This document shows, in pieces, positions 40,603 through 49,682 of a DNA stretch of 64,000 nt. The stretch covers positions 445 through 64,444 of IMG/VR virus record IMGVR_UViG_3300043781_000069; one strand, given 5' to 3'. The notes below the pieces were generated by a model. That model was not told the DNA's origin and ran no database searches. It saw only the letters and a list, made by a program, of their open reading frames with translations. How positions within the stretch are numbered: the stretch's first letter is position 1; every line of letters begins with the position of its first letter. Both the position numbers and the translations under genes were made by a program. This DNA comes from a virus (taxonomy: Duplodnaviria; Caudoviricetes).

Positions 40603-40842
40603 ATGACCAAACAAGTTAAAGAAGTAACTCATCAACCACTGACGTCGATCAATACAACAATTTCGCAAAAGCAATTGCTAAATGACTTACATTATCGACA
40701 ATCCAAACAGATCATCCAACATTTGCTGGATCAAGGGTTGATTTCGGCTGATCAATTTCAAAAGATTGACCAATTAAACAAGCAGTCCTTTCCACCACTA
40801 TATAGTCCTGAATGTGTTGCTACATCAACGATCCAGAGCTAA
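40603..40842 (+). CDS. Small SHOCT-like protein preceding recombinases (candidate directionality factor)
   Basis: LLDQGLISADQFQKIDQLNKQSF; GGAGGT RBS before ATG 40603. Confidence 0.65.
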   Translation: MTKQVKEVTHQPLTSINTTISQKQLLNDLHYRQSKQIIQHLLDQGLISADQFQKIDQLNKQSFPPLYSPECVATSTIQS

Positions 40843-40871
40843 CATACCACACTGACGAAAGGAGGTTTGCC

Positions 40872-42533
40872 ATGTCGACCATTACTAAAATTCAAGGTTA
40901 TCACAATGATGTCAAGCAACTACGTGTGGCAGCCTACTGCCGGGTTTCTACTGACAATGTCGAACAGTTGGAAAGTCTGCAAAATCAGCGTGAGCATTAT
41001 CAGGAGTACATTAGTCACCATCCCAATTGGCAACTTGCCAAAATCTACTATGATGAAGGCATTTCTGGCACTAAATTAACGAAACGGAATGCTTTAAAAG
41101 AATTACTGGGTGATTGTCGCAATCACCGGATTGACCTGATAGTAACCAAATCCATCAGTCGCTTATCACGAAATACGACTGATTGTTTACAAATTGTCCG
41201 TGAATTGCAACAGCTGAACATTCCGATCATTTTTGAAAAGGAACATCTTAATACTGGTGCAATGGCGAGTGAACTATTCTTGTCCATTCTCAGTAGTATC
41301 GCTCAGGATGAATCGCGCTCCACAGCTGGCAACTTACGCTGGGCAATTCGGCAGCGCTTTGCCAGTGGTGAATTTAGAGTATCTTCTGCACCTTACGGTT
41401 ATAAGCTTCGAGATGGCAACTTATTAATCTATCCAGCAGAAGCACGGACCGTGAAACATATTTTCCATAAATTTCTGACTGGCACTTCTGCCACGCAAAT
41501 TGCTAAAGAGCTAAATGGACATCAAGTTGCTACCCAACGTGGCGGTCACTGGCGCAGTAATACGGTCCTTAACATTCTACGAAACATCAACTACACCGGT
41601 GACATGCTGTGCCAGAAAACTTATCGTGATGATCAATATCATCGCCATTTCAACCATGGTGAACTAGCCCAATACCTAATTGAAAACCATCATCCAAGTT
41701 TGATCAGTCACCAAGCCTTCGATCAAGCTCAGAAAATAATTAAGGAAAATGCGCAAAAGCGCCACATTGAAGTCGGTACTCACAAGTATCAGCAACATTA
41801 TCCTTTCTCAGGAAAAATCATCTGTGGATATTGCAGTACCACCTTTAAGCGACAAACCAGACCTAATAAAATCTGTTGGGCATGTCAAAAGCACTTAAAG
41901 TCTGCCAAGCAATGCCCGATTAAAGCAATTAGTGAAGAAAGTTTGGAAGCCGCCTTCTGCAGCATGATGAATAAGTTAATCTTCAGCCAGAAGTTCCTAC
42001 TGCAACCATTGCTTGAAGAACTACAAAATCAAGCTAATAGCAATTCCAATGGTGAATTAGGAAAATTGGCTGAGCAAATCAAAGCTAACGACCATAAGGC
42101 CGAAACGCTAACCCGATTGATGCAATCAGGGCTGCTCGACAAGGCCATTTATGTTAACCAAACGGCCAAACTAGAACAAGACACTTATCAATGCCGACAA
42201 AAGATCAAACTACTGAATAGTCAAAACACTGATTCAGCCAACAATTTTGAAGAAGTCAGGTCTTTACTGTGTTGGTGCCAGAAAGGGCAAACGCTAACCA
42301 GCTTTAATCCCAACTTATTTCAAACTTTTGCACAGCAAATCATTGTCAACGATCCGACTGAAGTGATTTTTAAACTCAAATGTGCCTTGGAATTAACTGA
42401 AAAACTAACCAAGAAAGCCGCAGTCTATCAACAATTCTACCGTGGCATCATTAAGCAACGGTTCAATGAACCAATCAAGCAAGCAGAATATCTGTACAGC
42501 ATTATCGAAAGTGAAGGTGATTTAATTGGGTAA
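40872..42533 (+). CDS. Large serine recombinase
   Basis: [26 protein letters not shown], Zn-ribbon CGYC. Confidence 0.93.
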   Translation: MSTITKIQGYHNDVKQLRVAAYCRVSTDNVEQLESLQNQREHYQEYISHHPNWQLAKIYYDEGISGTKLTKRNALKELLGDCRNHRIDLIVTKSISRLSRNTTDCLQIVRELQQLNIPIIFEKEHLNTGAMASELFLSILSSIAQDESRSTAGNLRWAIRQRFASGEFRVSSAPYGYKLRDGNLLIYPAEARTVKHIFHKFLTGTSATQIAKELNGHQVATQRGGHWRSNTVLNILRNINYTGDMLCQKTYRDDQYHRHFNHGELAQYLIENHHPSLISHQAFDQAQKIIKENAQKRHIEVGTHKYQQHYPFSGKIICGYCSTTFKRQTRPNKICWACQKHLKSAKQCPIKAISEESLEAAFCSMMNKLIFSQKFLLQPLLEELQNQANSNSNGELGKLAEQIKANDHKAETLTRLMQSGLLDKAIYVNQTAKLEQDTYQCRQKIKLLNSQNTDSANNFEEVRSLLCWCQKGQTLTSFNPNLFQTFAQQIIVNDPTEVIFKLKCALELTEKLTKKAAVYQQFYRGIIKQRFNEPIKQAEYLYSIIESEGDLIG

Positions 42534-44109
42534 AGTACGCATTATTCCTGCCCATCAGCAAAAAGGAAACAGTGTCCATCATCAACGTAGTCCACAATCT
42601 TTTGAAAAGCTCCGGGTAGCTGCTTATTGCCGGGTTTCGACCGACTATGATGAGCAAACTAGCTCCTACGAAACTCAGGTAGCTCACTACAAAGAGCTAA
42701 TTCAAAAGGAACCAACCTGGGAATTTGCAGGTATCTATGCTGATGATGGAATCTCCGGAACCAACACCAAGAAACGGGAACAATTCAATAAAATGATTGC
42801 GGCCTGTAAAGCCGGTAAAATTGACTTAATTGTCACCAAGTCAATTAGCCGATTTGCTCGAAATACTATTGATTGCCTGAAGTATATCAGAGACTTAAAA
42901 GCCTATCAATGTTGCGATCTTCTTTGAAAAGGAAAATATCAACACCATGGATGCCAAAGGTGAAGTTCTGATTACCATCATGGCTTCCCTTGCTCAACAA
43001 GAAAGTGAGTCCTTATCGCAAAACGTCAAGATGGGGATTCAGTACCGCTATCAGCAAGGAAAAGTATTCGTGAATCATAATCACTTCCTGGGCTATACCA
43101 AGGATGCTCAAGGTAACTTGGTAATTGAACCGGAAGAAGCCAAGGTTATTAAACGGATCTTCTATAGCTACCTAAACGGAATGAGCATGAAGCAAATCGC
43201 TGATTCACTCAAAGCTGATGGTATTCTGACTGGTGGCAAAACAAAAAATTGGCGCTCTAGCAGCGTGGCCTAAAATCCTAAAAATGAAAAATACATGGGT
43301 GATGCCCTTTTACAGAAGACTTACACCGTTGACTTTCTTAATAAAAAACGAGTGAAGAATGAAGGCATCATGCCACAATACTACGTGGAGAATGATCACC
43401 CGGCGATTATTCCCAAGTCTGTTTTCATGCAAGTACAGCAGATCATCAAACAGCGCCGAAATGGTATCACTACTAAGAACGGTAAGCATAGGCGCCTTAA
43501 CGGTAAATATTGCTTCTCTCAAAAAATATTTTGTGGTAAGTGCGGTGATATCATGCAGCGAAACATGTGGTATCGACCAGAGAAAGTAGCAGTCTGGCGC
43601 TGTGCAAGCCGCGATAAGGACGCAAGTAAAACTGGTCCGGCGCTGCATGATTCGAAACGTCAAAGAACCCCTTGCTAAAGAAGCCACAGTTGAAGCATTC
43701 AACCAGCTCATTGAAGGGCATGAGCTTAGCCAACAAACAAATCAAAGCCAACATCATGAAGGTCATCGAGAACTCTAAAGGACCAACACTCGATCAAATC
43801 GACCAACAGCTGGAAGAAGTGCAAATGAAGTTGATTCAAGCTGCCAACCAGCATCAAGACTGCGACGCACTAACCCAGCAAATCATGGACCTTCGCAAAC
43901 AAAAAGAAAAAGTACAGAGTCGGGAAACTGATCAACAAGCCAAACTACACAGCCTTGATGAAATCAACAAATTAGTCGAATTGCACAAGTATGGCTTAGT
44001 TGACTTTGATGAACAATTGGTTCATCGCTTGGTAGAAAAAATCACCATCTTCCAACGCTACATGGAGTTCACGTTCAAAGATGGTGAAGTTATCAGAGTA
44101 AATAAATGA
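42526..44109 (+). pseudogene. Second large serine recombinase, several frameshifts
   Basis: [45 protein letters not shown] across four ORFs. Confidence 0.9.
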
Positions 44110-44159
44110 ATTTTAGGATGTTTGGTACTCAGCTATTTTGGCTGGGTGCTGTTTTTAGA

Positions 44160-44434
44160 TTGTAGTTTTTTAATTTTGGCAGATTGAATTAAATTATCTT
44201 GAATCAGTCGCCAAGTGTTTCTGGAAATTAGTGTGCGCGTAACCATGAACGCATCAGCTAATTCACTAGCAGTGGCTTGTCCGTGTTGTTCCAGATAGAT
44301 TAATTTTCCCACTCACGCATTGAGAAACCAGTTGTGGTCAGCCCTTGCATTAACATCTGGTATGCTTGTTTCTGAATAGCCTGTAGGGTTGCTAAGCTCT
44401 CAAACAGGATCTTAGTTTGCCGATGATTTAGCAT
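44160..44434 (-). pseudogene. MarR-family regulator fragment
   Basis: MLNHRQTKILF..GFSMREWE / LIYLEQHGQATASELADAFMVTRTLISR after a frameshift. Confidence 0.6.
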
Positions 44435-44445
44435 ATAATATCATC

Positions 44446-47319
44446 CTATTCTTTGCGCTGCCGCTTAGTCATTCCAAAGAGCCCTAACAAACTACTCATG
44501 GCTAATAGTAATAAGCCACTCAGCGTCATGTGTTGTTGATCAGTTTCACCAGTTTGAGGCAACCGTTGATCCACAAAATTAGTAGCCGCTGCTTGACCAG
44601 CCTGAACCGGCTTTGTTGGCGTCGCTGGTTGACTTGGGTTAACTGGTTTTGCTGGCGTCGTTGGTTGAATTGGATTAACTTGTTTTGCTGGCGTCGTTGG
44701 TTGAATTGGATTAACTGGTTTTGTTGGCGCATCCTTGGCATAAACCACCGTGAAATCAAGATCACTGGAGTCACCACTCACAGTTTGTGCCCCAATTTCA
44801 GCCTGGTCTGGCGTATAACCCTTAATAACTGGACTAGTTACTGCCGCAAAGCTTTGATCAGCTGACCAAGACCCATAGGTCTTTTCACCTGTAACCGTAT
44901 CAGTTGAAACTTGACGCGTAAATTCAACCGGCTTGGCCACATAATCATCATGAGCTGTCGTACCATCTTTGTAGACGTAATGGATAGTTTCATTAATCGT
45001 CTTGCTTTCAGTTGTAATAGTTGGCGCATTCTTGGCATAAACCACCGTGAAATCAAGATCACTGGAGTCACCACTCACAGTTTGTGCCCCAATTTCAGCC
45101 TGGTCTGGCGTATAACCCTTAATAACTGGACTAGTTACTGCCGCAAAGCTTTGATCTGCTGACCAAGACCCATAGGTCTTTTCACCTGTCACCGCATCAG
45201 TTGAGACTTCACGCGTAAATTCAACCGGCTTGGCCACATAATCATCATGAGCTGTCGTACCATCTTTGTAGACGTAATGGATAGTTTCATTAATCGTCTT
45301 GCTTTCAGTTGTAATAGTTGGCGCATTCTTGGCATAAACCACCGTGAAGTCAAGATCACTGGAGTCACCACTCACAGTTTGTGCCCCAATTTCAGCCTGG
45401 TCTGGCGTATAACCCTTAATAACTGGACTAGTTACTGCCGCAAAGCTTTGATCTGCTGACCAAGACCCATAGGTCTTTTCACCTGTAACCGTATCAGTTG
45501 AAACTTGACGCGTAAAGGTCACTTGAGCGGTGTTATCAGCAGGAGTTTGATTACCAGCGCCTTGATAATGAATAGTCTCTGTAAGGGTTTTGGCCTCTGT
45601 AGACTGAATGTTTTGATGCTTCAAGTGAACCGTGAAATTCTGATCAGTTGTGTCATCATTGTCGAACGTCAAATCTGCTGGATAGCCATCGGTGACCAAC
45701 TCATACCCTTGTTTCTTATAATCGGCAATGCTACCGCTGGTACTATAGCTGGATTTTGAACCCGTTGTTCCTGAGATTGAGTCCGTCTTTAAAGTTTTTC
45801 CGGTCGTATCATCAACGTAGCTGACACTACCTTTTTGCTTATCTGCTGTATAGGTGATCGTTGTATCTGTACCAATATCAGAAGGTGTTGGTGGAATATA
45901 GCCCTTAGTACGATCATCGGGATTAACTGGCACCAAAGGAGTCCCCATATGATCTTCAGGTGTATAGCCAGGAATAAAAGCAATAACCGGATAATCAGGC
46001 ACCGATGAATCAGCAATCTTAGTAGGGTCACTAGGATCATTGGGATAAATAATTGATGTTGTCGAGCCATTAGGATTAGAGACGACCCAGTTGCCGAGCT
46101 TGCTGTAAACATACTTAATATCAGAGGTTTGTGGAATATATGGATTTAAAATTCCGTATGTCGCAGAACCTAGTGGATACATTATCGCAGAACCTGAGGG
46201 CTTTATACCTGTCCATGTTTTGAGAACTTTTCCATTTTGAGCAATTGAAGCAGACATTGTTCCATCTGAACCAGTCTGAGTGTAAGTAATAACTACTCCA
46301 TTATGAAAGTTTTTAACATAACTAGCACCAATCTCTCCGTATGGTGACATAACGCCATTTGAATTAGAAGGTGCAGTAGCATAGTAACCATTTACAACAT
46401 TTACGTCGCTGGTCGTATAATTTTGGCCAACTAACCCTTTTTGTGTATAAGGAGCAACTGGATTACCATTACTGTCGGTGATTTGCTTGCCATCTTTATC
46501 AACGTAATAGGTTGTTTGTGTGATCAATTTGGGTACAAAATAAGAAAGTGTACTGTAGTAGTTACTATCAAATTTACTAGCAGTATATTTAGTAACAAAA
46601 CTATTGTTTGAACTTTGAACCATTTCAAAATAAGCATCATTATAGTAGGTAGTGCTATCAAATACAGCAGATGTTACCTGAGTATTTTGATTTAAAGTGT
46701 ATTGTTTTAAAACTTTATTTAATGCCGATAATTCCGTTACATAAACAATTCCATCGCCCGTTCGATTAGTTGAAAAAACAATCTGGTTTCCACCATATTT
46801 TGCTTGCAACCATTCATAACTGTAATGAGAGTTATCTGGATCAATCCACATTCCAGATGGATAATCTGGATCACTAACTGAGAAACCCGTATTGGTAACT
46901 GAACCTGCCAATACCTTTCTACCGTAGTTTTGAGCAAACTTAGTTGTAACTATTGCACTATTTTTAGAAACATTAGTGGCTATCTGCGCTACACTCTGTT
47001 TTCCACCTGCACTGGTTACATCAGCCTTTGCTGCACTGCTACTACTTGCACTAGTCGTTTCGGCCTTTGCTGCACTGCTACTACTTGCACTAGTCGTTTC
47101 GGCCTTTGCTGCACTGCTACTACTTGCACTAGTCGTTTCGGCCTTTGCTGCACTGCTTGAGGTGCTGGTGGCTGTCACATCAGCTGACACTGGCTGGCTG
47201 GTAACTAGCATCCCTAATCCCAGCGAAAATAATGAAATCCCCATGACAGCCCAATTCTTACCGCATTTATATAATTTATAATGCGTTTTAGTCTCTCCAA
47301 AATAATTATTCCTTAACAT
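44446..47319 (-). CDS. Cell-wall-anchored mucus-binding (MucBP/Mub) adhesin
   Basis: KLYKCGKNW (KxYKxGKxW) signal, Ser/Ala repeats, Mub-type repeats, Pro-rich spacer, LPQTG + TM + basic tail. Confidence 0.9.
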   Translation of the reverse strand: MLRNNYFGETKTHYKLYKCGKNWAVMGISLFSLGLGMLVTSQPVSADVTATSTSSSAAKAETTSASSSSAAKAETTSASSSSAAKAETTSASSSSAAKADVTSAGGKQSVAQIATNVSKNSAIVTTKFAQNYGRKVLAGSVTNTGFSVSDPDYPSGMWIDPDNSHYSYEWLQAKYGGNQIVFSTNRTGDGIVYVTELSALNKVLKQYTLNQNTQVTSAVFDSTTYYNDAYFEMVQSSNNSFVTKYTASKFDSNYYSTLSYFVPKLITQTTYYVDKDGKQITDSNGNPVAPYTQKGLVGQNYTTSDVNVVNGYYATAPSNSNGVMSPYGEIGASYVKNFHNGVVITYTQTGSDGTMSASIAQNGKVLKTWTGIKPSGSAIMYPLGSATYGILNPYIPQTSDIKYVYSKLGNWVVSNPNGSTTSIIYPNDPSDPTKIADSSVPDYPVIAFIPGYTPEDHMGTPLVPVNPDDRTKGYIPPTPSDIGTDTTITYTADKQKGSVSYVDDTTGKTLKTDSISGTTGSKSSYSTSGSIADYKKQGYELVTDGYPADLTFDNDDTTDQNFTVHLKHQNIQSTEAKTLTETIHYQGAGNQTPADNTAQVTFTRQVSTDTVTGEKTYGSWSADQSFAAVTSPVIKGYTPDQAEIGAQTVSGDSSDLDFTVVYAKNAPTITTESKTINETIHYVYKDGTTAHDDYVAKPVEFTREVSTDAVTGEKTYGSWSADQSFAAVTSPVIKGYTPDQAEIGAQTVSGDSSDLDFTVVYAKNAPTITTESKTINETIHYVYKDGTTAHDDYVAKPVEFTRQVSTDTVTGEKTYGSWSADQSFAAVTSPVIKGYTPDQAEIGAQTVSGDSSDLDFTVVYAKDAPTKPVNPIQPTTPAKQVNPIQPTTPAKPVNPSQPATPTKPVQAGQAAATNFVDQRLPQTGETDQQHMTLSGLLLLAMSSLLGLFGMTKRQRKE
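44724..45515. repeat. 297-bp near-identical intragenic repeats (about 2.7 copies, Mub B2-type)
   Basis: TTGGCGCAT.CTTGGCATAAACCACCGTGAA recurs at about 44724, 45021 and 45318. Confidence 0.9.
47024..47157. repeat. 39-bp tandem repeat x3.4 (AETTSASSSSAAK)
   Basis: GCCTTTGCTGCACTGCTACTACTTGCACTAGTCGTTTCG repeated exactly. Confidence 0.95.
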
Positions 47320-47516
47320 AAAAGAACCGACCTTTTTCACTTTTTTAGATAAAATCATGCCAAAATCCCATCATTAAATCAAATGGTTTCAAGAAACTAC
47401 ATTAATAATAACACTCAAGGCATAAAAAGCAAAAAGTGTACTAATTCCAATCGTTTGGGAAGGAAAATGCACACTTTCAATCTATCTAGAAATACCGTCA
47501 TACCGGCGTTTAGCGG

Positions 47517-47587
47517 CTATTTTTCTGTACGTTCAAGGACGGTAACGCTCTCAACATGCCACGAGCTGATGTTATCAATTACACATT
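47517..47587 (-). other. att junction 2: replacement 3' end of rlmD/rumA-type gene plus element 3 arm
   Basis: 47564-47517 reads SWHVESVTVLERTEK*; three synonymous differences from 8733-8780; shared AATTACACATT at the same offset. Confidence 0.8.
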
Positions 47588-47887
47588 GAAGTTAAGTGGC
47601 TACGTGTCGCGGTTTGCTATGTCTGTGTAATAGTAGCTCTCATGTCTACACAACCGGTGTAACCCCATGAATTTGGGAATTTTCTGCATTACTCAGAGAC
47701 AAGATTTTTAATTGGTCTGTGGAAACCCATTAGTGCTATAAATCAGGACAGTGAGTTTGTGGGAAACCTATCTACAACTCTAAATAAATCTCAAATCCCC
47801 CATCCAGGTATGACATAATCATTTCTCACCAGAAGTTTTATGTGCGGTGTTTTCTTTAGACTGTTCAATAAGAACAAAATGAATAAC

Positions 47888-49117
47888 TTAGAATTCGGGA
47901 TAAGGTAATACTTCAAGTCTATGTTCTAAGACCAACTTATTAACAATATTTTCACCGTGAATATTACTAAGGGTTTGTCCATAGCTAGTCAATAAACGTA
48001 CAACGTCTGAGGTGTATTGTTCGCGACTCGTTAACGGATTATCTTCTTCATAGTAATAAAAAATCAGTTTAGTCTGACTATTATATAAGTTTGAATCATC
48101 AAACAGTGTTTCAAAATATGAATAATCAGCTCTGCCAAGTGAATGACCGTAAAACATAATACACTCGGCATTAGCAAAAGTATCAGTTTGAATCATAGAG
48201 ATAATATTATTGTTGACAAGTCGATAAGACTTAGTAAATAGCAACCGTAAATCATCAGGGAAATCATTGCGAAGAATATCATGATTATCAATACCAAAAA
48301 TTGGAGCAGGTAACTTCTTCAACCTCTTCTTCTGAATACGATTTATATAGCCTTCTGCATTTTTATCCCTGTAACTTGCTAGTCCATGAATATTGGTCCA
48401 AGAATTAAGGGGATATCCTTTATCTTGCAACTCTTTGCCAAATCGTGCATCCAACGAATAATTAAAGGAAAGTACATCTAACGTAGACCTACTTGTACTA
48501 CTATTCTCCCACCCAGCTAATACTTTTATTAGGTCAGTAGCTTCGCTTTTATACGAAGCCTCTTTTTGATTAGAGTCGCCTAAAATATACTCAGAAAAAA
48601 TTCTTTCAAACTCATTCAAGCTTTGCAATAAATTATTTGCTTTTTTCTCTAAACTATCAGACTCTGATCCGGCAAAGCACATTACCATATTATAAAATTT
48701 TTCTTCATTAGCTTGCTTTTCTTCTGTCGAAGATCCTTTAAATAGTAAATTAGTTTTGAATTCTTCAGATGAATTAGCCGGCCACAAAGCTATTGATACA
48801 ACATTAAAAATTATGTTTTCAACATCCTGCCACTGCTTAGTTTCACCATTGTCTAAGAATTTCTCGGCATAAATAAAAATGCAATCCCATCTAGTTATTC
48901 CATTAGGCCAGTTGCTTTTGCTAGCAAGAAAACGATCAAATTTCTTTTCATTCCATTCATTGTTCTTTTCCCTTTGTTCCAATGAAATACGTATTACATC
49001 GTAATTATCGAACTTGCCAAATAGACTTTTTATCCTATCCTTAAAGAAATCAGAATATCTGCTTTCTAGGCCGCAAGATAAATCAAATCCATTTCCAATC
49101 ACAGCAATCCGTTTCAC
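47888..49117 (-). CDS. abiH: AbiH-family abortive infection protein
   Basis: IAVIGNGFDLSCGLESRYSDFF, SFNY, NIHG, IFGID, FTKSYR, YGHSLGRADYSYF. Confidence 0.88.
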   Translation of the reverse strand: MKRIAVIGNGFDLSCGLESRYSDFFKDRIKSLFGKFDNYDVIRISLEQREKNNEWNEKKFDRFLASKSNWPNGITRWDCIFIYAEKFLDNGETKQWQDVENIIFNVVSIALWPANSSEEFKTNLLFKGSSTEEKQANEEKFYNMVMCFAGSESDSLEKKANNLLQSLNEFERIFSEYILGDSNQKEASYKSEATDLIKVLAGWENSSTSRSTLDVLSFNYSLDARFGKELQDKGYPLNSWTNIHGLASYRDKNAEGYINRIQKKRLKKLPAPIFGIDNHDILRNDFPDDLRLLFTKSYRLVNNNIISMIQTDTFANAECIMFYGHSLGRADYSYFETLFDDSNLYNSQTKLIFYYYEEDNPLTSREQYTSDVVRLLTSYGQTLSNIHGENIVNKLVLEHRLEVLPYPEF

Positions 49118-49253
49118 TAACCATCATCACCCCGTACTGTTTCTAAATGATTAATAATTTTTTAGAAAAAGCCACATCAAATTAGTAAATTTTCTTAATT
49201 TCGACGTACTTAATATATAAGGAGGCAAAATAGTAAAAGAATAGCCTGATATA

Positions 49254-49682
49254 TCAAATATTCTTTTGCTTCTTCCTTATAGCATCCAATATCGTGTCAG
49301 TACAGTAATCCAAATCCTTTAATACTTGGTGTCTTTCCCAAAAGCGGATTACTGTCCACCCCAGCTGTTTAAGCTCCGCATTGACTTGCTTATCGTGTCC
49401 CATATTATAGCTTATTTTCTTAAGCCAATATTGTCGGTTACGATGCACCCTTTTACCCGACTTGATTTCATCAAAATTGTAGCCATGCCAGTATTCTCCA
49501 TCAACAAATACTGCAATCTTGTATTTCGTAATCGCTAAATCTGGCTTGCCAGGAAGCTTTTTATAATTGCGAAAATATCGTACTCCTTTATGCCAAATTG
49601 CTTTACCAAGAATGGTCTCTGCCTTTCCGCCAGTTGAACGAATTTTTGACATCATTTCAGATCGATACTTTGTTGTCTTCAT
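49254..49682 (-). CDS. vsr: Very short patch repair endonuclease
   Basis: RSEMMSKIRS, LPGKPD, VFVDGEYWHG, GWTVIRFWE. Confidence 0.93.
   Translation of the reverse strand: MKTTKYRSEMMSKIRSTGGKAETILGKAIWHKGVRYFRNYKKLPGKPDLAITKYKIAVFVDGEYWHGYNFDEIKSGKRVHRNRQYWLKKISYNMGHDKQVNAELKQLGWTVIRFWERHQVLKDLDYCTDTILDAIRKKQKNI

Larger units (their letters stand above)
8781..47564. mobile_element. Element 2: 38.8-kb tail-less, capsid-encoding phage-like element with serine recombinases and defence/adhesin cargo
   Basis: Bounded by the two att repeats; replication, head, holin and recombinase modules present; no tail genes or endolysin recognised. Confidence 0.8.

Noticed and set aside
44526-45759. Repeated short ORFs on both strands in the adhesin
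   Set aside because: Shadows of the 297-bp coding repeats.
47024-47157. 39-bp repeats as a CRISPR array
   Set aside because: Contiguous, no spacers, and in frame within the adhesin.
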